A stretch of DNA of 64,000 bases, taken from assembly GCF_902713615.1 (NCBI RefSeq), contig NC_052175.1, forward strand, positions 9,403,271-9,467,270. The letters run 5' to 3'. The translations under genes were made by a program, and so were the position numbers. Below the pieces are notes generated by a model. The model was not told the DNA's origin. It saw nothing but the letters and a program-made list of their open reading frames with translations, and did not search any database. Shown one piece after another: positions 23,819 to 35,344 of this stretch (the first letter of the stretch is position 1; each line of letters opens with the position of its first letter). Source of the stretch: Scyliorhinus canicula (lineage: Eukaryota).

Positions 23819-26527
23819 AATGAACGGCAGCACCTGAAGTAGTTTAATGACAGAATAAACGGCTTGACATGTATAAATCGACTCTCTGCTCATTGCGGTT
23901 GTCCAGGACAGTGATTCTATAATTTATTTGTGAAAGGAAGGAGCTCTGAGGGATGCCCTTGGTCGGTGCAATGGCTCCAATTTTCTCCGCACGGGGTAAA
24001 CCTGCGATTCCTTCTTTAATAATCAGGACTCGAGGTGCAAGTGTGATCGAACAGTAACTCCCCATCCCAAGAAGCTGTCCAATCGCCTCCCTCATCACTA
24101 CACCAAAGACTTCAATTGCTTGGATTGTTCCTATGTTTGGTGAGGAGTTGGGATACAATTCCTTAACTATCTACTGGAATGTTTACAGGGCGGGATTGGG
24201 AGGGTCAAACCTCACTCGTTTATTGAACTACTTTTGTGTCATCTCTTTATAATTACGAGTCCCTGTGTACACGTATAATTATCTGACCAAGATATCTCAT
24301 CCATCTTATTCTTTCTATCCTTATGTTTATGAATTGTCAACTCGATCTGTAAGTAGAATACACGTGACTGGCGGGAGATAGTGGGATGAGGAATGGAATC
24401 TGAGTGTCCTCGCGCTGGCATAGACAAGATGGCCAAATGGCCTCCTTCGGTACCGTGACTTTTCTCTGATTTTGCTATGATACATTGACTTTCCATGATG
24501 AAATTAAACAGCATTTTCCATTTCCCACTTTCTCCCTCGACTGTACTTTGAACGTGTGGCCACTCTTCAGAAATCGCGCCAATTGAATGCTCTTCAGATT
24601 CGTATAATCAATCCAAAGCACTACTTTTGTATATCAATGGCCTACATACGTGTTGCAATGTGTATCTCAATGATCAACGGACAGTTTGAAGTGTTTCAAG
24701 TGTCTGTGAACGCACGTAGCCCAGAAGCTGAGCTTCACAGAGAGAACACCGGAGGCACATTTAAAAAGAGTTCGTCAGTGTTTGTTTTTAATTAGAAACT
24801 AAAAGTTTTTGAAATGAGTCATAATGCTTCAGAAAATGTATGCAAAGATCTGGTGCACAGTATTTTAACGGTCAACATGGCATTCTGCCCGTGGTTACCT
24901 CAGTGTGAACAACCAAGGTGTTCTCGCCAGAATTGTCAACACTTCAGGTAAAAACTTTGGTAGACAGCAGACGCAGCTCAATAGTTTGTTTCACAAAGGA
25001 GCTCAGAGGAAAGTCCAGACCATCACCGGTAGTCCCTCGCACTCTTTGAGCCGATGCTTTATAATGCCTGTTGCATGGAACAATCGGCTCAAGAGGTATT
25101 TTGTTCCCAGTACCATAAGCACTGAATAACATAATGTTAATTTAACTTGCTGTTTTTAATAGATATTTAGTGAAATATCTTATGCGTGTGTGGTATGTAT
25201 ACATGAGAAATATTCGCAAAAGTATGAATGGTGGTAAACAAGCAATATTTACTCTTTTGAAGAGTTTTTACTGCTATACTGGATGTGAAACGAAATACAA
25301 GTGTACACTTTTGCATGGGAAATTCAACGCTATTATTATTATTCCTCGACATCATTCGCAATATCGCAAGGCCGTTTCCAGCAAGCAACTGCCCGTTCGT
25401 CCCCTCTTCTCCTGCCGCACTATCTAAATTCGCATTAACAAATAGAATGCTGTTACGCGTTAATTTCAATCATCAAGTGATTGGTTGGGAAATTACTCGG
25501 ACATTGATATTGAAAGAGTTTATTCATATCGGGAGATATCTTTGTTGTGACTCAGTGTAACATGCTGTATCTGCTCATGCGGAGTAATCAGAATGGAGAT
25601 ATAATTTGGAATATCTAGGCAAAACAAGACGAAAGTCCATAGAGATGGAATCAGGCCATGGCGCTAACATGATAGACTGAATTCCTAATAATCAGCTCAG
25701 AACTGGTCCTGACTCAACAAGGAAATATACTGCTTGTCGAGGGCACAGTTCCAAATCCACCCCTTCTTTCTAAAATTCCACCTCTGACATGTGGTTTCAA
25801 TCAATACTTCCTGTTAAAAGGAAAAATAGAATCATGGGAAATTTCAGACATCACTCCCCACATCTGTCCCTGACTATTCAGGGCCTGTTTAGAACATCTG
25901 CTTCGACAGTGTGTTCACGAAGCCAAACTCCCATACGGGATGAGGATATTCATGAAGGCCCCGCCTCCTGAAACTTTGCCGCTCGCATGAGGTGTGGCGA
26001 TCATTAGGTTAATTCACCACCAGTCAGCTGTCCCACTCAAAGGGGATGCAGCCTACGGTCACCTGGGCCTATTGTTAGTTTGATCACTTTCCACAATTCA
26101 CATCTCATCCCGTGCAACGCACCTGAATCCTGAACTGATATTTTCAACTCAACAGAAATCGCAGATGTCATTTTATCAATTATTGGACGTATTGCAACAT
26201 CGTTTAATGGTCGATTAATTTAGTTATATTTACATATCGACATTTGAAATGAAATGTAACTGGAACGATACAATCATCGTAGAAATCTCACTGTGACTGC
26301 AGTTTTCTCGAATTCTGCCATACCTTGATTACTATGGATTATCACAAATGATTCTTAACACTTTGTCCTCTGCACTGAACAAAGGAATCAGTGTTTAGCG
26401 CAATGCACGGGGAGAGTTTAGCTGCTTGATAGAAGTCTACTTGGTTCTATGTTTATTTCCACAAGGCATCGGGTTGTTCGGCATAACCTGTCTCCTCCAG
26501 GACTCATCAAGGAAAAGCCGTCCATTC

Positions 26528-29500
26528 TCATCTGCGGCCTGCCTTCTTTTTTGATCTCTTTTCCAATGCGGCCAAATCCAGGGAGGCGTAGAGAGGTCCG
26601 CCCTGAGTCTGGGAAATATATGAAGCATTGACATTCAAAAATAGTGAACACAGATGTCAAATTATTCCGAAAAGAATTAGACTTCAATGAGGTGACAGAA
26701 TGAAACAACTACTTCTTATCCTTCTGATAGCATTCGGTCCATTCAATCCGTCCTGGCTCCTTGAAAGTGCTAGTCAGTTAGCGCAATCGTCTTTTTGACA
26801 TTTCCCATATCTTCAACAATTCTCCTCCCTTCAAACATCTAACAGATCCCCTTTTGAAAACCACAGTTGAATCATCTTCCAGTTCCCCTCTGTATCTATC
26901 TGCAAGTGTGCTGCTTCATGTTTATGGAAAATAAATTAAAGCAGACATGGTCAATGGAAAAGACGACAACTGGGGCGACGTAACTGTTACTTTTATTCCA
27001 CATATTTATTGTTAAAGAGCGAATCTGATGATCATGTTTCCCCGTGTGTTATCTATAGGGTCCGGCAGATAAATCCATATCCAGAGAGAAACACAAACAC
27101 AATAAAGAGACTTCCACCGAAGAAACGCAGAGAAGGGGTGGGGGGGGGGGGGAGTGCTCATCAGCAGGCCATTTAGGCCATGCTGTCAGTGCCTAAATAA
27201 ACTAACTTGAAATATAAAGCACGCTGACCATTCTTATCACACTGTCCATCTCCCGATCCGTTGCTTTAAACGTTCCAGCACTTTAAGTGAAGATCCAGGC
27301 ACCTTATGAAATGATTCTGGCTCAAGCACCAAATCAGGGAGCACATATATACTGCTCATATTTTGCGCCTTTCGCAGCTCTGCAAGCCTCTGGTCGCTTG
27401 ACAGCAACTTTTCAAAATTCTCCTCAAAGCTTTCAATGAAATAAATTCGGCAGCCCATTCGGAATCAATAGGGTTCCAAGAACATCCATTTAATAAGGGT
27501 GCTGCGGATGTATTTAATTTGGATGTTTGTTGAGGGATTTGATGTCAAATCCTGCTCCCTGCTCCCCAGTCGCAACACAATACCCGCGCTCCTCCACTCC
27601 TGCCACCGCAGAGAAATATGTTGCGATTTTACTTAATGCGACGAGTGTGATTTGAAACAAATGCTTATGTTCTAGAATGTGCTCGGCCAACCGCGTGAAA
27701 TATCTAGCGTGGTATGGGGTGCACATTATTCCAAAAATCAGCAATCTACCTGGGCAGCTTAACAAACTATTAATTGCACTTACCCGTAACGCACCGTCAT
27801 TTAATCTCTGGGTCTGTGATTGGTGGTGGTCGCCTAGGGATTAAAGAATGCAAAATAAATTTAAATATTCTGTTCTTTCGGCGAATGGATATTCAGCTGG
27901 AGATAGGCGAAGACAATGACGAATCAATGCGCCAAAGGGCTCAAGGCATCAATTCACCCTAATTGTCAATTTCAGTCAATCCAAAAGCTTTACAAATAGG
28001 CCAGTGTACCCGTAATAGATCAACGGCCCCTCAATGCATCAATTGTCAGATGACGAGTCAATGGAGCCCAATTCGCCAATGGTGGACAAGCCCGTCGTCT
28101 CGCGTCCATTTCCTACCTGGTATATTACCGGCAGATTTAATAATCAATAATTGGCCGTTTCCTGACACCAACATGAATGATATGATTGAAGAATATTTTG
28201 ATGGCAGAAAGTCCAGTTATCAATCGGTGAATTCCCGCAATTTGCTATTTAATCGGTGCCGATGTTTCAATTGAACTTACCCGTGTGTCGCTCTTTCAGC
28301 CTCAACACAGCTTGTGTTGTCTCTCTCAAGCTAAAACGGAACAAGGACAAGAAGTATTAATAAAGTGTTAGATCAGACAGATCCTGGTCCAGGTCCCAGA
28401 AATAGCTGATAAAATAATTAATTGTGCAGCACGTTTAGATTCATCTTCATATGTCGAACAGAATATCAACATGAAACATTGACATCAGAGTTGGGTTTGA
28501 ACTGGACATCACACAATACTAAATGCAAAGAGAGTGTCCGTGATGTAGTTTACAAATGGCTCAGTTACTTACTTTTCATTTTGGCTTTTGTTGTCCAATT
28601 TTCCTGAAAGAAGAAACTATAATTAGCAAAATAATATCAGGAGAAGATAATAACATTGGATCAGCAATCACGGCAATATCCCTCATGCACCGGATTCCTC
28701 ACCTGATCTGCCTCCTTTACAAATCCAAATGGAAAGTAGAATCAACAAGAGAAGCAGAACCACCAGGACAGTGATGAAAGCGGGAAGGGCCCGGCTGCAC
28801 CATCCTGCAGAGACAAAACGATTAGAATCTGCTTCTCTGTCACATCCTTATCTCCTGGGATTCTCTGCTGGGAAACTCAACTCAGGTAAAAAGTCGGAAC
28901 CCGAACCTTGGGACTGAAAGGGGCAAATTAAGGCCCTTGGAAATGATAGTAAAACGTGAAATGGAATCATAGAATTTACAGTGCAGAAGGAGGCCATTCG
29001 GCCCATCGAGTTTTCATCGGCCTTCGGAAAGAGCACCCTTCACCCTATCCACAGAACCCATTAACCCCACCTAACCTTTGTGGACACGAAGGACAATTTA
29101 GCATGGTCAATCCTCCTAACATCACGTCACCGGCAGCAGGAAGACACCGGAGCACCCGGAGGAAACCCACGCAGACACAGGGAGAACGTGCAGACTCCGC
29201 ACAGACAGTGACCCGGCCCGGGAACCGAAACTGGGACCCTGGAGCTGTGAAGCAACTCTGCTAACTACTGTGCTGCCGTGCCGCCCTTTGATTGGGTTCT
29301 GGTGAATTAATTATGTTCAACGTGTTTGAAATATCTCGGAATAGTGAATGATGCTGTCCTTGAGTCAATTCTGAAAGTTCTATCCAAATTGGGTCAAACT
29401 CCCTCAGCTTTCTCTCATGGACCTGCACATTGCTCCCCATTAAATATTTCTGCAAAGTCCCTTCTGAAAGTAACTATTAAATATGATTTTGCCGCGTGTT

Positions 29501-32236
29501 CCAGATAACAAGAACTCTCTGTGTAAATCACACTCTCCACATATCCCCAGTTCTTTGTTGATTATCTTCAATTTGTGGCCCCTTGTTTTCTCACAAACTG
29601 CCATTGTGCACTGTTCCAATTAGTTACTCCATCGAAACGTTCTGGTTGATCGTGGCGTCGATCATTTCTCCTCTTAACATTCTCTTACGTATGGAGAAGA
29701 GTCCAAGCTTCTCCAGTCTCTCCACATTAACTGAAGTGGCCAGTTCCCAACAACTTTCCTCGGCTCTCTCGGTAGACTTGTGACTTCATCCCCTAAAAAG
29801 CTGTGTGCAGCTGATCACAATACTGTGAACGTGGCCAGCCAGTGCTTTCTGACGCATTTATGCGCCCCCTTGCTTTTACACTCGATTCTTCAATTTAAAG
29901 ATTCAATGATTCCGGATGCCTTACAGCATTAATTGATCTTCCCATTTCCATCTCCAAACGTTACTGAATCAGAGAATAATTGCAGCACAGAAGGAGGCCA
30001 TTCAGCCCACCAACTCTCTGTTACCTCTCTGCAGCAACAACCCGCTTAATTCCAGCCACCTGCCGCTCCTCTTCCGCCTACACATTCTTCCATTTATCGC
30101 CATTCTCCAATTCCCTTTCGATCGCCACTCTCAGGCAGTGTGTTCCAATGATGAACATTCGGTGTACAGAAGGGTTCACCGTTTTGTTGCAGTTCATTTC
30201 TTTCCCAATCACATCACATTTGGATCGCCTGGCACTCCATCCTTCGGTCACGGGGTACAGACTTTCACTCTATACTCTGCCCAGATCCCTCCTGATTTTA
30301 AACGCCACTATCACATATCTGTTCAAACTTCTCTTCTCCAAGCACAACAGTATCAGTGTCTATCGGTTATGCACGTGAATTAATTTTCCCACCCGTGATA
30401 CCATTCCTTTGAAGCTTTTCTGCACTGTCTCTAATACATTCTCCAGACATTCTGGTGCCCAGATGGGACGTAATACTACAGTTGATGCTGAACCAGAGTT
30501 TTGTTAATGTTCATCACAGCTCCCTTCTTCTTGTAATCTCTGACTTATTGCTAATGTCGAGAGCTTTGCATGCATTAGTAGTCGCCCTGCCCCTGTCATT
30601 GGTTTGTGACAATAAAGCTCCGATTCGCCTGCCCAAGTAAAGTCTGTGTGATGCACTTGGGATAATTTCTGAAACTTACATTTCTGTGAACGATTAGACC
30701 CAGAGTTTAATGTTCTAAAACATTGCAGGACTCAGGAAGCAGGATTAAACCAATAGAACAGATATTACACGGATGATGGGTTCTAGAAAATGAGATTCAG
30801 AGAATGTAAATTAATGTCTCAGAAAATCAGTCATTTTTAGACAAAAATTTCCACTTTTTCTGGTTTCTGTTTGTGAAGCCGATCCAGTGGAGAACTGATC
30901 ACAACTCCATTCCAAAGTCCACTGCGTAAAAAGGGCGTTTGATGCAAATTCAATAACTTCGGAAAGGAAAACCAGATTCTAGTTTCAAGGGAAAATGTGA
31001 CAACGCTATCGGGATAAATATCGGAAAGCCTTTGTTTTTATTTAACAGGCGTCAGAGTCTTAGCTTCGAGCTAATCGTTCTTATTGATTATAATTAGAAT
31101 TCAAACCAGTATTGTGAAGATCGCCAACTCACCTGTCCTTGTCTCTGCTTTGGGGAAAGACACGCTCTTTGACCAATTTTTGTTTGGAGACCCCAGTTGA
31201 ACAACACAAGTACATACAGCGTCGTTTCTCCACATATCCATCGACACCATGATCTGGCTGGTGATGCTGTAGGTCCCGTCCTCCTCCAGTGTACCGGGAT
31301 CGCTCGATCCCTCGGCCACGAGGCCGGAAATATTCCAGAAAATAGCAATCCTGTTCGAAGAAAGTCCACTGACCAAACACACCAAGGGGACGGTTTCCCT
31401 GGAATTCTCCTCCCCCTGTGGCACAAATATCAGCACCGCCGTCTTACTGGTGGAACTGTCTGCACAGATTGAGACATAGTCAACTATTGATTCACACAAA
31501 ATGATAATACCGTGCATGATCAGAATTCATTTCAATTGTTGTCTTACCTCCAACCAGTAGTGTAGCTGCTTTCTGGAGCGGTGCATTGCTATACATATTA
31601 GCACAGTAGTATGGACCCGAATCATTCGGATGGACATTGCGGATTTCCAGAATCAGTACATTTTTTATGTTGCCTTTTTTAGAAACGAACTTACAATCCG
31701 CCCCGCTACAGGATGAAATGTCGATTGCTTTCGGTGCTTCACCAACTCCTTGTTTATACCAGCCATAGCTAGACACCAATTCCACTTCGTAAATGTAATG
31801 ACAGGTTAATTCCACCATCTGCCCGACTTCAGCTGTCATTGGGAAGGGGATGTGAGACAGAGTGGACTCGGAGTCTGTAACCAGAAAGATTATTTTTTCG
31901 TTATCGATGATTAATGAGAGATTGGAAACATCCGCTTTGAAACGCTTCAGCTGTAATTAAATAACGATCTCATTGTTGTTTTACAGAGATTTTGGTAAGA
32001 TTTATTCTTCAATTTATTTTTGCCTAGGTTTTGTAGGAGAAAGCAGTATACACACTGGCACTAACTGGTGAAATTCCTTCACCTGATCAGTGGATCACAG
32101 TTTTATTTCAAGAAACACGCATTCTCACATTTTACTGAACGAAGGGAATTCCGGTTATATTTCCCACCGCCGGTTACTCACCGTAACCCCTCAGCACCAG
32201 GAAAATGAGTGTCAGGTGGAAATGTTCCTTCGCCAT
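26528..32236 (-). CDS. Non-rearranging Ig-superfamily receptor: leader, V, C1, TM, cytoplasmic tail with ITIM-like PLYASL (340 aa, 8 exons)
   Basis: Exons 32236-32182, 31874-31548, 31459-31133, 28804-28703, 28603-28573, 28330-28281, 27833-27784, 26608-26528. All introns are GT-AG with consistent phases (1,1,1,1,2,1,0). The total of 1023 nt is open from ATG to TGA. AATAAA at 26457-26452. The small tail exons were read by eye. Confidence 0.85.
28703..28804 (-). CDS. Exon 4, transmembrane GWCSRALPAFITVLVVLLLLLILLSIWICKGGRS
   Basis: ctgcAG acceptor, G|GTGAGG donor and an uncharged hydrophobic helix. Confidence 0.88.
28960..29286 (-). mobile_element. V-SINE in the receptor's C1-TM intron
   Basis: Reverse-complement V-domain core and tail. 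Confidence 0.9.
29500..30640 (-). mobile_element. Old, highly degraded LINE (CR1-like) 3' fragments
   Basis: Reverse-complement 3' end (GCACAGAAGGAGGCCATTCAGCCC) and RT C-terminal-like sequence. Confidence 0.55.
31133..31459 (-). CDS. Exon 3, C1-set Ig domain
   Basis: VPLVCLVSG, IFWN, DGTYSITSQI, W...CTCVV: the C1 signature of antigen receptor, MHC and SIRP constant domains. 88-bp intron to the V exon. Confidence 0.92.
31548..31874 (-). CDS. Exon 2, V-set Ig domain
   Basis: VELTC, WYKQ, LEIRNV, DSGPYYC; extra Cys pair in CSGADC; G strand TLLVG in the same exon; no RSS; donor G|GTAAGA. Confidence 0.92.
32182..32236 (-). CDS. Exon 1, signal peptide MAKEHFHLTLIFLVLRGY
   Basis: Context CAACATGG, hydrophobic core and phase-1 donor G|GTGAGT. 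Confidence 0.85.
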
Positions 32237-32394
32237 GTTGATCCGGAGACTGCTCCCCGTTTTCGCTCTCACTCGCTTGTTACTGCGGCCGGAGTGGCCA
32301 CAGACTGACCCGAACTCATGGCCAGATCCAGCGGAAACGATGACGATGTGTTCTCTGGAAAGTATGACACCATTCTGTGAGCGGTGTCTTGGTG

Positions 32395-32462
32395 AATATG
32401 ACGTTCATTTGCACTCCCGTCACTGCCTGTGTGTCACAGCTGACAATAAACAGACGACCTCA
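32395..32462 (-). promoter_or_regulatory. Putative promoter of the V-C1 receptor
   Basis: About 160-225 bp upstream of the ATG: CRE-like TGACGTTC (32399), octamer variant ATTTGCAC (32407-32414), CCAAT on minus (32433-32437) and GC box GGGGCGGA (32453). Confidence 0.45.
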
Positions 32463-33602
32463 CAACAATCTGATTGGCTGTAGTTCAGAGTCGGGGCGGA
32501 ATAATAACTGCAGGGATCTGTGCTGCATATTGTAGTTAGTAATTAACTCAAGTTTATCCATCCCAGATTGTCATTGGCATCATGTTGCTGATCCAACTTG
32601 TCAGACATCTACCAGGTCTACCCTCAGCCTTGTCTTCGCCAGTTCAACAATCACCAGCCTGTTCCTTATTTTTAATTATTAATGACATTTTGGCCCTGCT
32701 CTCATTCTTGTAAATCGTGTTTGCTGCATTGCCAATATCCTTTTTGCATTTTGGGGGGCCAGTAATTTGCAGTTAGTCCAAGTATCCGAAACAAGGACCA
32801 AAATATGAAAGCAATTCAACTGAATTAGAATAATTTTCTTCTGCAGCCTTCTTTGTGTTTTTCTAGTGAATATCACCAACAAGATCATGAAATGGCCGTT
32901 GCTTTCGAATCATTCACAAATCGAATAAATAAAGCTTTTGAGTAGCATAAGGGACAGACTAGAACCTTGGGCCTCTCGTCAACTGCGTTGTATTTCGATT
33001 CTGGGCCGTGCTCATACTCGCACATTCTGATGTTGACTGAGTGGCTTCTTCTTAAACAAAAGTTCGAGCAGAAACGACTTGCATTCCGTGTTGACAAAGG
33101 GTTAAGATAAAAACATTTACCCTTTAGGTAAAATAGTAAACATTATTAAACGGTGAACTGGGAAAATACTCGAGTTCATTTAGCCTGCATGCCATCTGTT
33201 CGTAAATCTGCGAATAAAGGTTTCTGGTGGTCGACGTTCCCAATACAATCCCCCACAGTTTCCTAAATATATGCCTTAGAAAACATTTGGAAGTCATTAT
33301 AAGTGGAAATTCAGTCCAAGCCGGACAGAGTACATTTCTTAGAAGCTGCAGTAAGGAAAGATATTAGAGGAGGGAAATTAAGATTTAGTGAATGAAAGTT
33401 GTCCAATGTACTTTTTTAGAAATACAAAGATTTGCATTGATCTTCTGTTGAAAGCAATAGGTCACCAATTTATATTCGTTCGTTCATAGAACGTGATCAT
33501 CGCTGGTCAGTGCGGCAATAATTGTCCATCCCTAAATGTCTCTACATTATGAGAGAAATAGACAGGGTGTAAACTCAGTCTCTTTTCCAAGCGTGGACGT
33601 GT

Positions 33603-33790
33603 GGGTCTGGTTTAGCACAGGGCTAAATATCTGGCATTTAAAGCAGACCAAGGCAGGCCAGCAGCACGGTTCAATTTCCGTACCAGACTCCCCGAACAGG
33701 CGCCGGAACGTGGCGACTAGGGGCTTTTGACACTAAATTCATTGAAGCCTCCTTGTGACATTAAGCGATTTCAATTTCATTTCATTTCAA
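33603..33790 (+). mobile_element. Second SINE family copy
   Basis: Collinear with 3574-3762; TTTCA tail. Confidence 0.85.
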
Positions 33791-33792
33791 TT

Positions 33793-34060
33793 ACAAGGGG
33801 CCACATGTTCAAGGTGAGAGGAGTTATGTTTAATGGCGATGTGTGAGGTACGTTTATCATGCAGAGAGCGGTGGGTGCCTGCAACGCGCGGCGAGAGGAT
33901 GTGGTGAAATCAGGCACATCAACGTCATTTAAGAGGCATCTGGATGGGCAGATGAAGAAGGGGAAATAGAGGAATAAGTGTAAGGGCAGCAGTTTTTTTT
34001 AGTTAGGACAAATGCTCAGAACAGGCGTGGAGGGCCGAAGGGCCTGTTCCGATGATATAT
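33793..34060 (+). mobile_element. CR1 3' end fragment
   Basis: GGCCACATGTTCAAGGTGAGAGG...GAGGGCCGAAGGGCCTGTT. Confidence 0.8.
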
Positions 34061-35344
34061 TTTTTATTGTTATTTTGGAAGGGGATCAGGGGCTGGTTTG
34101 GTCACCTCTGCAGTCCATGGCGTGTCGGCATACCAACCTCCAGGCTCGTTTCTCCAGGGGTTTGATCCAGAGACATAAAGGAATGGCGATAAAGTCGCAG
34201 GCCAGTGTGCGGTTAGGAGGACAATTGGTGTCTTGTTCCCATCTCCCTTCGTGTGTTGCCGTGTTCTCTGTGTGTCGATATTACACGGTGCGATGCCAGT
34301 GAGACGCTCATGAAGGCATTGTGCAATTGTGAATAAAGTTGAGGATCCGTTAATTTGATTCAAATCTCGGACAGGCGAGGGAAAAAAGGAAATCGGTATA
34401 ACATTAATTAATACACTGTTAATGAGCATGAAAACAGAGCCTTTTCTCTGTTTAGTTGAATCCACTCTGGGTGGTAACCCCGCATTCTGTCGGTAACTTC
34501 ACATTGAGTGCCAGTGTGTGACCTCTGAATGCAGTTCTGTGGGTGAAGCGCCTCAACTGTAAAAACAGTAAAACCACAGAGAGCTGATTTTGGCTCGAAC
34601 ATCATTTTCCATCTCAAGCAGATAGTGGCCACAATCTCGGGCACTGACAGTCAGACCTCAATGCGCTTTGCAAAGCTCCAAATGGGCTGTGGGCGAGGTA
34701 TTTTTAACGCTCACAACAAACAGTTGCGGTCACAGACAATGCGCCTCGTTGTTGCCAGACCCGTTCTCTGCTGCAAGTTTACTCCCCCGCTCCTTCGCAA
34801 TGGAAGGTCAAGCATTTACTCAGAAAAGGTCAAGCTCTGAGTACAGTTAATTTCACAACTCCTTGCTGCCAGTGATTCCTGTAACCAGACTCTTCACAAC
34901 AACCTGAATGTATCTCGCTCTTGTCTTCCACCTTCCATTCCTCACCAGTCTGCTGAAGATTCCGTGACTTGGGTTCCTGAGGAGTCTTTCAGAAAATTTT
35001 CAGCACGGATTTTCCTGCTTTGTGTTCAGAATTGGGTCATGTTTCCTCTGAGATATTCCCATAAATAATCATTTGACCCAGCAGTAGTTTCTAATTGTTC
35101 TGTGTCTGTCAGGATTGAGCATGTTTATCCTTTACCGATACTGACTCGATGATCCGGCGTAGAATATTCATCCTCATTTGGATTTGGAATTCATGTTGTG
35201 GCTGATCAGGTGAATATTGATGATTAATACCGATATTTTAATGAACCTTTGTTTATGTCCTTTGTTTGAAGTACTGATTACGTTTATTATTTCAGAACAC
35301 CGAATGAACAGATCCCACAGTGAAAAGCAGGTAAGTAAAGTGTT

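Noticed and set aside
24290-24720. Leader-like segment with GTAAGT donor and SLKCFKC (Ly6-like) motif
   Set aside because: No ATG, no matching acceptor, stops nearby and Cys spacing not maintained.
26418-26708. Alternative last-exon frame (DSGRTSLRLPG...) in the ORF track
   Set aside because: The phase-0 junction from exon 7 gives the LYASL frame; the other frame is only possible if exon 7 is skipped. RNA data are needed to exclude it fully.
31101-31874. Rearranging TCR/Ig locus or germline-joined Ig cluster
   Set aside because: No RSS, no separate D/J segments, no FGxG, and an uncharged TM with a long Tyr-bearing tail unlike TCR/Ig chains.
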